Shown piece by piece: positions 10,429 to 19,731 of a DNA stretch of 64,000 bases (position 1 is its first letter; each line of letters starts with the position of its first letter). The position numbers were made by a program, and so were the translations under genes. The notes under the pieces were generated by a model. It saw only the letters and a program-made list of their open reading frames with translations. It was not told the origin of the DNA and ran no database searches. This stretch comes from Phycisphaerae bacterium (GTDB lineage: Bacteria > Planctomycetota > Phycisphaerae > UBA1845 > Fen-1342): the NCBI GenBank assembly GCA_963675745.2, contig CAXXWX010000026.1, positions 64,001 to 128,000 of the forward strand, written 5' to 3'.

Positions 10429-10768
10429 CGACTGAGGCGCGGTTGAGCCGGGCTGTCGTACGCATGCCTCGCACCAATAGACACTTACAACAGATTCGTT
10501 GCCCACAAACAGCGTTCGCGAGACACCGCCGCGTTGCGTCTTTCTCGCAGTTTTCTTCGTTTGATGTAAGAACCCGGCGTCGGACGCCAGGAACCAATCA
10601 GAGGAGGTTGTAGGTGTCTGGGACACCGGGTGAGCGAGCACGAACAAGATAAGACGGTTGCAGTTCGGTACATGTGCCACGTTGTCAGAGAGCGGCGGTC
10701 CGACGGTTGTCCGGGGCCGGCGATCTGCTAGGCCGCTGGTGCCTCCGCGGCGATGAGGGAGCTTCTTG

Positions 10769-12535
10769 ATGAGCAAGATCACTTGCCCAAGCTGTGGGAA
10801 GAGCCTGCGAATCGAGGAGATTCAGGCTTCTAGTCGTTACAAGTGCCCAAGGTGCCAGTCGGTGTTCTCCGGGAGCGACGTTCAACCGCCCGGGTCCGGA
10901 GCCGACTCCCAGAAGGACGACTGGGCAACCAGATCTGTGTACAACTTAGCAGACCCTAATGGGCTGCCCAACGCGAAGGCGGATAACGGCTCAAGCACCG
11001 CAGCGGCCAAGTGCCCGTCCTGTCATAGCGACCTTCCCAGCGGCACCGTTCTGTGCGTGAAGTGCGGATACGACCTTCGGACTCAGCCGTGCGCGTTCGT
11101 CTCCGGCAAAGGTGCGGCGGGACCGGGCGCCGCTTCCAGCGACGCTCCGACGACGGCCGCAGCGACGGTTCAGATTCTGCCGCGCAACGCGATACTGGCC
11201 GTGGTAGCGACTGGTGTCCTCGGCGTGGGCGTCTTTGCCCTGATGGTGAGAATGAGCGCCTGCGTTGCGCCCTTAATTGCGCTGCCTGTAGTCGTGAGCG
11301 TATTTGTGCTGTGCCTTCAGTCAGCCGGGTGGATTCGCGTCGCTCGCGGGACTGAGGCGCAGAGCAATGGCCGGAGCCGATACTACCTGCTCGCGATACT
11401 CCACGCTGTCCTCGCTGCCGGGATATTCGGTTTGCTTGTGGCCGGAATGCCCACGAACACCCGCGTCATCGTCTCTCTGCTTGCAATGATCAGTATCGTC
11501 CCTGCCGTCAGCCTCGGGTACGTGGCGTACTGGATGTATGGTGAGAAACTGCCTGCCGAGGTTCTTGTGGTCAGTGCGGTTGCAGTGCCCGCAATCCACG
11601 CAGCCTGCCTCGGATTCATGTTCTTTATCTGGCGTGTGGCATGGCCGTGGGGTTTGTCTGACGCGGGGATTGCGGGTGTGAGCTACGGCCTCGCTTCGGT
11701 ATGTTATGCAGCTTACTTGTCCCGACACCTTGAACTCGATATTCGCCGCACTGGAACGCTCGCTATCGTGAGTACACTCCTCCCGTCACTGATAGTGATC
11801 ATGTGCTTCCAGCACCGCGCATTGACTATCGGCGAGATCCAATGGGATATCGGGTATCCCTCACTCTCAGAGAAGGGCGGTTCCAGCAAAGCACACGGGG
11901 GCCGAGACGCGTCCCGGACGCGCTCGACTGCGATGCAAACTGAGCGAACCGGTCGTCGGTTTGCGACGGGGCACGCGCAAGCGGTCATACGCACAGGTGA
12001 TGGGGCGACGGCACAGGCCATCGCCGACGACGCCCTGGAATGGGGTCAACTGGCGTTTACGGAGCCGGTGTACGGCGGATACACAAACGAGCGTGAACTG
12101 CTAGGGACGGAAATCGCCCGAATGTACGCCCGCCTCCAGGACGTGCGCGCCGACGCCATGCAGAGTGGTGATGGAACCGGGCGTGACGTATTTGTGGGGA
12201 CTTTCGGTGACATCGTGATTGATGAAGTACCCGACGGGCTTAGCGCCCAAATCCCAGGATGGCGGGGGCCAGCGCGGTGTATCGTGCACAATGACGCGTT
12301 GCTGGCAGTTCAGATTGATCCGGCACCAGCGAATGTGTTCTACAGGTGGCGGGTCGGCCTGTTCTACCGCGTCGGAGACACACTCAAGGGTCGTTACGTG
12401 CAGCTCGTTGTTGACGTCACGCCAAGCCGTGTGCGGGGTCTTCCAGCATATGATATTCGACATGGGGTGGCGAACACTTACGAGCGTGAGGTGTGCGAGC
12501 AGAGACTAAACCAAGGCGAATCGGCAGCGCCGTGA
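10769..12535 (+). CDS. Double zinc-ribbon multi-pass membrane protein of unknown function
   Basis: CPSC..CPRC and CPSC..CVKC pairs, about 7 hydrophobic helices, soluble C-terminal domain; GAGGGA RBS. Confidence 0.7.
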   Translation: MSKITCPSCGKSLRIEEIQASSRYKCPRCQSVFSGSDVQPPGSGADSQKDDWATRSVYNLADPNGLPNAKADNGSSTAAAKCPSCHSDLPSGTVLCVKCGYDLRTQPCAFVSGKGAAGPGAASSDAPTTAAATVQILPRNAILAVVATGVLGVGVFALMVRMSACVAPLIALPVVVSVFVLCLQSAGWIRVARGTEAQSNGRSRYYLLAILHAVLAAGIFGLLVAGMPTNTRVIVSLLAMISIVPAVSLGYVAYWMYGEKLPAEVLVVSAVAVPAIHAACLGFMFFIWRVAWPWGLSDAGIAGVSYGLASVCYAAYLSRHLELDIRRTGTLAIVSTLLPSLIVIMCFQHRALTIGEIQWDIGYPSLSEKGGSSKAHGGRDASRTRSTAMQTERTGRRFATGHAQAVIRTGDGATAQAIADDALEWGQLAFTEPVYGGYTNERELLGTEIARMYARLQDVRADAMQSGDGTGRDVFVGTFGDIVIDEVPDGLSAQIPGWRGPARCIVHNDALLAVQIDPAPANVFYRWRVGLFYRVGDTLKGRYVQLVVDVTPSRVRGLPAYDIRHGVANTYEREVCEQRLNQGESAAP

Positions 12536-12674
12536 TATGCCGGCGAGACGGCTGGCCAGTGATAGCGCAGTGCGGGCCTTCACTCGTCGGCACGACCGGC
12601 GGCTGCGTAGAGATGTTCTTTGAGGACGCGGATCGACGTCCGCGGCGACATATCGAGATGCTGGAGTCGAGACA

Positions 12675-14105
12675 ATGAAGCTCACAGTCGATCTGGATCA
12701 AGCGGTTCGCATCACGCTGCCCGGCTTCCACGCTGAGTGTGTGCCGGCGCGCTTCTCGACGAGCGATGGGCGCGGCGGCTGGTCGCTCCACATCCCGGGG
12801 CGGAAGCCGATCGCAACGCCGGCTTACGCGGATGGGTTGCTGTTCGTCGGCGGGGGATACGGCTCGCACGAGTTCTTCGCTTTCGAAGCCGCCACCGGCG
12901 AATTGGCGTGGAAGATCCGGACTTCCGACGATGGCCCGACCGCCGCCGTCGTCGAGCAAGGGCTCGTAGCGTTCAACACCGAGAGCTGCACGATCGTCGT
13001 ATGCGAAGCGCGCACGGGACGCGTGGTGTGGCAGGAGTGGCTCGGCGACCCCCTGATGAGCCAGCCGGCGATCGCGGGCGATCGGCTTCTAATGGCCTAC
13101 CCGGCCGATCGACGCAAGGAGTTTATGTGGCCGGACATGACGCCGAAGGAACGCAAAGAGGCGTACATAAAGGCGGCCCGGGCTGGCGCAAAAGCGATGC
13201 ATCAGCACCGACTGCTGTGTGCCGACCTGCGCACCGGCAAGCACCTCTGGGAACAGGAAATCACCGGCGACATCATCACGGCGCCCGTGGTCGACGGCGG
13301 CCAGGTGTTCCTGACCTGCCTCGACGGTAATTCGTTCTGCCTGAACCTCGAGGACGGCTCGGTCGTGTGGCAGCAGCAGAACAAGGGCACGAGCGCTCCG
13401 CTGGTCGTCGAAGGCCAGGTGATCGTGACCGAAAAGGACACCGAGGTGGCGGAGGCCGGTCAGCGGTATTTCGAATCCATGCGACGGGCGCAACGCGGCA
13501 CTGGAGCGTCGTACGGCGCAACAATGTACCGCCGCGAATCACCATACCGGCACGCCGGCAAGGGCGGCGGTTCGGGCCTCAAAGGCATGCACGCCGACGA
13601 ACTCGACGCTGGCGTGGGTTTCGCGTCGAAACCCGGCTCGGCAAAGCTGAACGCCGCCCGCGAGCACCTGGGTGTCTCGAGCGTGTCGGGCGCGTGGGCT
13701 TATCAGGGCTCGCGCTCGGCCTACTCAAAGGGGCGTGTATTCAACACGCAGGCCACGGGCGTATGCTGCTTAAACGAAGAAGGTGAGAAGATGGCGTGGG
13801 AGGCGGAAGTCCGCGGCTCACAGGTCGACACGGACGACCAGATCTTTCTGCCGCCGTCACTGGGGCGGGATTGTCTGTACCTTTCCAGCATCCTGGGACA
13901 CACGCTCGCCATTCGTCAAAACACCGGCCAGGTCGAATTCCTGTACGAGATCGACCGCCCGATCCCGTTCCAGCCGTGCCTAGCCGAAGGCCGCGTCCAC
14001 TTCGGCACTGTAGCTGGCGAACTGGTATGCCTCGAAACCGGCGGGGACGATGCGGATGGCTGGTACATGTGGGGTGGGAATGCGCGGCATAACAAGGTCC
14101 AGTGA
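12675..14105 (+). CDS. PQQ-binding-like (BamB-type) beta-propeller repeat protein
   Basis: Repeated 'AFEAATGELAW', 'CEARTGRVVW', 'CADLRTGKHLW', 'LNLEDGSVVW'; ends 'WYMWGGNARHN'. Confidence 0.85.
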   Translation: MKLTVDLDQAVRITLPGFHAECVPARFSTSDGRGGWSLHIPGRKPIATPAYADGLLFVGGGYGSHEFFAFEAATGELAWKIRTSDDGPTAAVVEQGLVAFNTESCTIVVCEARTGRVVWQEWLGDPLMSQPAIAGDRLLMAYPADRRKEFMWPDMTPKERKEAYIKAARAGAKAMHQHRLLCADLRTGKHLWEQEITGDIITAPVVDGGQVFLTCLDGNSFCLNLEDGSVVWQQQNKGTSAPLVVEGQVIVTEKDTEVAEAGQRYFESMRRAQRGTGASYGATMYRRESPYRHAGKGGGSGLKGMHADELDAGVGFASKPGSAKLNAAREHLGVSSVSGAWAYQGSRSAYSKGRVFNTQATGVCCLNEEGEKMAWEAEVRGSQVDTDDQIFLPPSLGRDCLYLSSILGHTLAIRQNTGQVEFLYEIDRPIPFQPCLAEGRVHFGTVAGELVCLETGGDDADGWYMWGGNARHNKVQ

Positions 14106-14149
14106 GAGCCTCTTGACTGCGACCACGGAATACACCGAGGAGCGGAATC

Positions 14150-14330
14150 ATGACATCCAGACGGTCAGTTTCACTGTGGTTCTCCGCAACCTCGGCGGGC
14201 GTCATCGCCGCCGTGGCGGTGGCTGACGTGACGTATGGGTACGACAAGCTGCACCGGCTGAAGCAGGCCATGTACGACAATGGCTCGGCGATCGCTTTCG
14301 AGTAGGACGCCTCGGGGAATCGTGCGCTGC
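14150..14330 (+). pseudogene. Remnant of a secreted YD-repeat (RHS-type) protein with an in-frame TAG
   Basis: GAGGAG RBS and ATG 14150; translates 'signal...ADVTYGYDKLHRLKQAMYDNGSAIAFE*DASGNR'; TAG 14303-14305 sits where Tyr of 'YDxxGNR' is expected. Confidence 0.7.
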
Positions 14331-14760
14331 GGGTGGGTGGAGAATCGTCACTGACGCTAATCGCCATGACGCCGGCTCGCTGCGCTGTTGGTGTCGATGC
14401 CCGATCGGCAACGCAGGCGGTAGTACTATCACATTCTGCTTCAAAACGCGTCACAGTGCGACGATTTGCGATACTGCCGGATCGTGTCAACCTATTGTAG
14501 TAGATGGTTTCCGAGCTTCTCGGAGATCGCCAAAGCGTACTTCCCAGCCGGAAGATGACGTTGAGCAGATTCCGGTACGCCTCGTGACGAGCAGCAGCGA
14601 AGCGAGCATTCATCCAAGGTGTCAGTGAGTGGGCAAAACGTACCAGTGAAGGGCTGGGCTGGTTGACACCCAAGTGACGCGGCGTTGGCGCGAATGACAG
14701 GTCACCGGCAAATCAGACAGGTCTCATTCATATGAAGCAGACGGCTGACAGAATGGGGGC

Positions 14761-14989
14761 ATGCGAAAGACCCAGTCAGCTCAATCGCGCACGAGCACTT
14801 CCGGGCGCCTCACGGTGAGCTTGAAGACGCTCGCTCGGATGCTTGACGCGCATCGCTCGTCTGTGCGCCGCTGGCTTGCCGATGGCGGGGTCCGACCGGT
14901 CGTTGTAGGGCGTGGCCGCAACGCAGACGCTTCGCTACCGCTGGCGGGATATCGAGCAGTGGTTGGAGACGCGTGAAGAAGTCGACTGA
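14761..14989 (+). CDS. Excisionase-like (MerR/HTH_17-type) small DNA-binding protein; frameshift near 14926
   Basis: 'VSLKTLARMLDAHRSSVRRWL...GRGRNA', then in the next frame 'TLRYRWRDIEQWLETREEVD*'; convergent with the integrase. Confidence 0.7.
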
Positions 14990-16249
14990 TTAGCTCGCGT
15001 CATCCCGCACGATTCGCAGCTTCGGCTTTGGCTCGTCGGGGGCTTTCTCACCACGTATCTCAGCCAGCACCTCTTGCAGTAGCCGCGTGGTCTTACCGTC
15101 CGCCGAACCGCCGCTCTCGTTCGAGAATTCCACGCTGTCGTGCATCGCTTCGGGCACGAGCGCCGCGTAGTGTCGACGACAGATCTCCGGGCTGTTGCCC
15201 ATCAACGTCGCGATCTTGTAAAGCGACTCGCCACGCTGTGCGAGGTGGCTGCCGAACGTGTGCCGGAAGTCCAGGCACGACCAAGGCAGACCACAGGCCT
15301 CGTTCGCAGCACGCAGATCCTGCGAGAAGTTGTCCGGGTGCCAACGTCTCCCGGTTGGCGACGGAAAGAACCAAATCGAATCGCCGGGCGATTCATATGC
15401 ACTCAGAATGTCGAACAGCGAGCTACTGATCGGTACAGCGCGATTGCGTCTCGTCTTCGGCTGCCAGAACTCTCCCTCAATGGTCTTGGCCCGCACGTGG
15501 ATGAGACGCTTCTCCAGGTTGACGTCCTCGTTCGTTAGCCACAGCGTCTCCTCGCGACGCAGGCCGGCGTAGATGTAGATCGCGACCATGGCATGCACGA
15601 GAGGGTTCGGCTCCAGCATCTTCAACTGTTGCTCCACCTGTTTGAGCGACAGGAACCGGATCTCCGGCGCCGCCTCGCGTTGTCGCTCGACGCCGTCAGC
15701 CGGATTCGGATAGCGGCGGTCCCGGGCCCGGAAGGAGTGGTGCCTGGTCGCATACGCGAAGAGGCGGTGGAGGATTTGCCGTGTGCTGTTCGCCGTCTTC
15801 GGTGACCAGCCGTCCTCGCGGATCCGGGCGGCGATGAATTGGTTGATCATCGCAGGCGAGACGTCTTCGAGCATCGCGACCTTTATGTGTGCGTGAGCGT
15901 ATCGGTCGACCGGACGTTTCGGCGTTTCCGTCTTGGCGGCGCCGCCGGGCAAGCCAAGTTCAAGCGCCGGGCAGATCTGCCCGAAGAGCACGCGCAATCG
16001 ACTCACGTCGTTCTTGTAGGACTTGAACGTGCGTGTCAGCTGCATGTGCTCGCAGAAGCTCTGCAGCACCGTGCGGATGGGCAGGCGGCTCGATAACTGC
16101 AGATCGCCGATCGCGAGCTCGTACTCCAGCCGCTTCAGCTTATCGCGTGCCACACGTTCGATCTTCGTGCGCAGCGACTTCTGAAACTGCCGGTTGTTCA
16201 CCCAGTAGCTGGCCCAGTAGCACTTTCCTCGTTTGTAAAGGGACGCCAT
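14990..16249 (-). CDS. Tyrosine recombinase / phage-type integrase
   Basis: N-terminal arm-binding-like 'MASLYKRGKCYW'; 'YAGLRREE' (Arg), 'PKTRRNRAVPI', 'DFRHTFGSHLAQRG', 'LMGNS', 'RRHY' (Tyr). Confidence 0.92.
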   Translation of the reverse strand: MASLYKRGKCYWASYWVNNRQFQKSLRTKIERVARDKLKRLEYELAIGDLQLSSRLPIRTVLQSFCEHMQLTRTFKSYKNDVSRLRVLFGQICPALELGLPGGAAKTETPKRPVDRYAHAHIKVAMLEDVSPAMINQFIAARIREDGWSPKTANSTRQILHRLFAYATRHHSFRARDRRYPNPADGVERQREAAPEIRFLSLKQVEQQLKMLEPNPLVHAMVAIYIYAGLRREETLWLTNEDVNLEKRLIHVRAKTIEGEFWQPKTRRNRAVPISSSLFDILSAYESPGDSIWFFPSPTGRRWHPDNFSQDLRAANEACGLPWSCLDFRHTFGSHLAQRGESLYKIATLMGNSPEICRRHYAALVPEAMHDSVEFSNESGGSADGKTTRLLQEVLAEIRGEKAPDEPKPKLRIVRDDAS

Positions 16250-16387
16250 GACAGCCGGACCTCCGGGCCTCTTGGCCCAAGCGTAACCCAGGCTGTCTCT
16301 GCGGGGATGTCATACGCGTGACGTGTCGCTGACGAAGCAAAACACCAAGACAAAACCGTTACATTTTGCCGTGCTGCATCGTCCGCG

Positions 16388-18274
16388 ATCGGGTAGCCGG
16401 GGAGGTTGCCCTGCCCCGGCTCCCACACCACCGTACGTACGGTTCCGTATACGGCGGTTCACGAGCAACCCGCGAGTCGCCGATGCTCGTCCATCAGGCT
16501 GATCAGCCCGAGTCCGCGCAGTTCGGAGGTCGGGACGGCGTGGTTCATGTGACGGGCCCCGGCGTTCCACCAGGGACCACGCCCATTCCACGCCGACTGC
16601 CGGGCCCGCTCATGATCCAGGCCCCGCCGGCACAGCTCCCTGAACTGGGTCCGGTGTCGCTTCCACTGTCGCCACAGGATGCAGCGCAGTTTTCGTCGTA
16701 ACCACTGGTCCAGTTGCTCGAAGCTCGCCTTGACCTCCGCGAGCTTGTAGTACGCCACCCAGCCCCGCAGTACGCGGGTCAGGGATTCGGCGACGCGGGC
16801 GAGGTTGCAACCCCGTCCGCGACGCAGCATGGGGCGGAGCTTGGCCTTCAATCGGTGCACCGATTGCGGGGCCACCTTCAGCTTCGGCTGCCGGTGCATG
16901 GTCACGGTGTAGCCCAGGAACTTGCGGGTCCAGGGCCGATCCACCGCGCTCTTCTCACGGTTCACGTGGAGACGCAGTCGCTCCGTCACGAACCGCTCCA
17001 CCGAATCGAGCACCCGTTCGCCCGCACGCCTGGACCGCACGTAGATGTTGCAGTCGTCAGCATAGCGAACGAATCGATGGCCGCGCCGTTCCAGCTCCTT
17101 GTCCAGCTCATCGAGCAGGACGTTGCTCAACAGCGGCGATAGCGGCCCACCCTGCGGTGTGCCCTCGGCCCGGGGCGAGACCAGCCCGCCCTCCATCATC
17201 CCCGCCTGTAGATAGCGGCGGAGGAGGAGTAACACCTTCTTGTCCTTGACCCGGCGCGCCACGCGTGACATGAGCACGTCGTGGTTCACCCGGTCGAAGA
17301 ACTTCTCCAGATCCATGTCCACCGTCCAGCGATAACCGGCCGCGATATGCTCGCGGGCACGTTGCACCGCTTGGTGCGTGCTTCGTTCCGGACGGAAGCC
17401 GAAGCTCGCATCCGAGAACGTCGGGTCGAAGATCGGCTGGAGGACCTGGAGTAAGGCTTGCTGGATCAGACGATCCAGCACGGTCGGGATGCCCAGCGTT
17501 CGCATCCCCTTCCCGCCCGGCTTGGGGATTTCCACCTTCCGGACCGGCTGGGGTTGATACGTGCCGTTGAGCAGCGCCTCCCGGATGCGGGACCAGTGTT
17601 CCCGGCAGTACGGCATCAGGTCGTCGACGGCCATGCCATCCACGCCTGCCGCCCCTTTGTTGCGCACTACCCGTTCGTGTGCGCGGATCAGGTTCTCACG
17701 TGACACGACCTGATCGATGAGCATCGGAGCCTCGGCCCCGGTCTGTCCGTGCTGTGCCGTGCGCGCTTGACGCGCGGTTCCGGTACCCTCGGCGATGCCG
17801 TCGCCTACTCTTCCGGTCCGCTCGGGCTTCCCAGCCCTCTGGCCTGCGTCTCCTTCACGCATCGAACCTCACGACTCCGGTTCGGCTCCTCGTGTTCGGC
17901 CCTTCGCCGCCGTGTCCTGCGGCTACTATGGCCTCGGCTGACTTCTGCCCGTCCCTCACCACGCCTCGCAGCGCTGGTTAGCCTCAACGGCAGACGGGCA
18001 GACCTCCCAGGGTAAGGCGTTTGCCTTTCGCTCCATACACCCGCCGCATCTACGCCGGTTCGGTTCCGGATGGCATTGGGCTTTGCGTCTTTTGGCCCGC
18101 TCGCCCACCGACCGACGCCTCGTATGCGGTTCGTGTTCCTCAGGCCAGAGCTTTGCGTACAGCTTCCTTCAGACCCCGCCTCGCGGCGACGCCCTTGCTG
18201 TTCGGCTAGGGGTTCCTGCCATCAAGGCCCCCAGAGGACTTACACCTCCTAGTCAAACGCCATGCCTAGCACAC
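16388..18274 (-). mobile_element. Complete group II intron, bacterial class C
   Basis: 5' end GTGTG at 18274 directly after a hairpin plus T-tract; short domain V 'GAACCGCCGTATACGGAACCGTACGTACGGTGGTG' with CGC triad; domain VI ending '...CTACCCGAT' at 16388; internal RT ORF. Confidence 0.9.
16459..17724 (-). CDS. ltrA: Group II intron reverse transcriptase/maturase without endonuclease domain (open frame extends to 17862)
   Basis: 'NKGAAGVDGM', 'RTLGIPTVLDRLIQQA', 'GTPQGGPLSPLLSN', 'RYADD', maturase region 'LRGWVAYY...WLRRKLR'. Confidence 0.93.
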   Translation of the reverse strand: MLIDQVVSRENLIRAHERVVRNKGAAGVDGMAVDDLMPYCREHWSRIREALLNGTYQPQPVRKVEIPKPGGKGMRTLGIPTVLDRLIQQALLQVLQPIFDPTFSDASFGFRPERSTHQAVQRAREHIAAGYRWTVDMDLEKFFDRVNHDVLMSRVARRVKDKKVLLLLRRYLQAGMMEGGLVSPRAEGTPQGGPLSPLLSNVLLDELDKELERRGHRFVRYADDCNIYVRSRRAGERVLDSVERFVTERLRLHVNREKSAVDRPWTRKFLGYTVTMHRQPKLKVAPQSVHRLKAKLRPMLRRGRGCNLARVAESLTRVLRGWVAYYKLAEVKASFEQLDQWLRRKLRCILWRQWKRHRTQFRELCRRGLDHERARQSAWNGRGPWWNAGARHMNHAVPTSELRGLGLISLMDEHRRLAGCS

Positions 18275-18307
18275 CAAGAAAAGAGGGACGGCTAACTGGC
18301 CGTCCCT
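18275..18307 (-). terminator. Rho-independent terminator after the tRNA fragment; target of the class C intron
   Basis: Minus strand AGGGACGGC-CAGTTA-GCCGTCCCT followed by CTTTTCTTG. Confidence 0.8.
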
Positions 18308-18323
18308 GCGTGACTTACGTGAA

Positions 18324-18367
18324 TAGCGGGGGCAGGACTCGAACCTGCGACCTCCGGGTTATGAGCC
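18324..18367 (-). other. 3' half of initiator-type tRNA-Met(CAT); att-like site, not an intact tRNA
   Basis: Minus strand GGCTCATAACCCGGAGGTCGCAGGTTCGAGTCCTGCCCCCGCTA has the anticodon loop, T-arm and 3' acceptor strand; no D-arm or 5' acceptor strand upstream. Confidence 0.85.
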
Positions 18368-18783
18368 AAAGCAGCTCAGCACACGGAAGTTGTTGCCCGT
18401 TCGCAAGTTACGGAATCAGCAAGAACTTAGGGACACCGGAACACGTCGGCATGTGGTGCATGCCGTGCATGTTGAGCGCGGTTTTAGTTGCAAATTGGTA
18501 GCACGTCAAGCACCGCCGTCGCGCACGTAATGTAGCGTGGAGCGCTCCGGATCTCGTTTGCCCGCGTGCCCGGATCCACACGACTACCAGCCTGCACCGC
18601 TGAAAATCGTCCGACTGTGGCTTCGCTAGTCTAGCCAGAGAGTCGCGTTGCCGTCATGGTCACGACGCACGACCGCCGGCATGGGAAAGCGAGACGCCAG
18701 AATGCCCTGCACGGTCACCTTGCGCTGATAATGCCGGATCCGGAAGATCTGGGATTCCTCGAAGCTGTCTGCAGGGGCCGCAG

Positions 18784-18841
18784 CCGGCTGCAATTTCAAC
18801 TCAAACCCACCATGGTCTGCAGCTATGCCAGTACGCATCAT
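18784..18841 (-). pseudogene. rpiB: 5' stub of ribose-5-phosphate isomerase B
   Basis: '[15 protein letters not shown]' is the RpiB N-terminus, overlapping the atpG stop; similarity ends after about 16 codons. Confidence 0.7.
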
Positions 18842-19731
18842 TTCTTTTCTACGCTCAGCGCTTCGAAGCCGGAGACGACGTCGAACAGTTCCTCGTCGAT
18901 GCCACTCTGGCGCAAACGATGGAATGTCCCATTGAGGTCCTCCAGCAATTCGTCGATGTTCTTGTCGGCGCGTTGCATCGCCGCCAAGCGGCTCGCGTTC
19001 TCGCTCGCGAGGGATTCGGCGCACGCCCGGAAGAGCGAGACAAAAAGGTATTCGCGGATCAGCGCCTGCAAGGTCGCGGTGCCGCCACCCATGACCTCGG
19101 GCAAGCTCCTTGTCGGCCAGGGAAGTCCGGCCAGCTTGCGTCGCCAGTTTTCGTCCAGCGGTAGCAGTCGCTGACTGACGGGCACATAAACCGCCCCGGA
19201 CATAGGGCGGTTGTAGAAGAGGTGGAGTTCGGTGACTTCACCCTGGTTGTGGCGCGTCTCGCTCTCCACGAGAATCTGCCCGACGAGCGGGGTGATGGCC
19301 TTGACGGAGTTCGGCACGGTGAAGAGTCCCGTTGGCGGCAGCCCCGCGTCCGCCAGGCGCGCATGAACACGCTCACCGACAGCCCAGACCTCGGGCTTGG
19401 CCGGCAGAGCCGCCAGCGTCTTTACCGCATGATCGGCCACAACATCATTAAACTGGCCCACCAGCCCCTGGTCTGAACCGAACACGACCGCACCAATGGC
19501 GCCCGCAACTGTTTGTCCTTTCCGTTCTGCAAGCAGGGATGCCGATCCGCTCTCCCGAAAGCATGCGCCCAACCCCAGCTCCACAGTGCGATAGTAGTCG
19601 GCCAACGCGAGCACCGATTTCTCGTATTGTCCGATGCTCGAAGCGGCCGCGGCCTTCATTGTACGGACGACGGATTGGAGGTCCCCGGCTCCGGCGATCT
19701 TTCGGCGCAGACTCGCCGTGGTGTCGCTCAT
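18838..19731 (-). CDS. atpG: N-ATPase gamma subunit
   Basis: 'SVVRTMKA', '[11 protein letters not shown]', '[13 protein letters not shown]', 'RQSGIDEEL'. Confidence 0.95.
   Translation of the reverse strand: MSDTTASLRRKIAGAGDLQSVVRTMKAAAASSIGQYEKSVLALADYYRTVELGLGACFRESGSASLLAERKGQTVAGAIGAVVFGSDQGLVGQFNDVVADHAVKTLAALPAKPEVWAVGERVHARLADAGLPPTGLFTVPNSVKAITPLVGQILVESETRHNQGEVTELHLFYNRPMSGAVYVPVSQRLLPLDENWRRKLAGLPWPTRSLPEVMGGGTATLQALIREYLFVSLFRACAESLASENASRLAAMQRADKNIDELLEDLNGTFHRLRQSGIDEELFDVVSGFEALSVEKK

Noticed and set aside
14303..14305. Amber recoding or pyrrolysine at the YD-stub TAG
   Set aside because: TAG is an ordinary stop for several genes here, and similarity is lost shortly after it.
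1978..17862. Diversity-generating retroelement (RT plus a CLec-fold FGE protein in the same window)
   Set aside because: The RT has group II motifs (PQGGPLSP, YADD, maturase) and lies inside an intron with domains V and VI. I found no adenine-variant template copy of the FGE C-terminus.
18324..18400. Intact tRNA-Met gene
   Set aside because: Only the anticodon-to-3' half is present; upstream bases cannot form a D-arm or acceptor stem.
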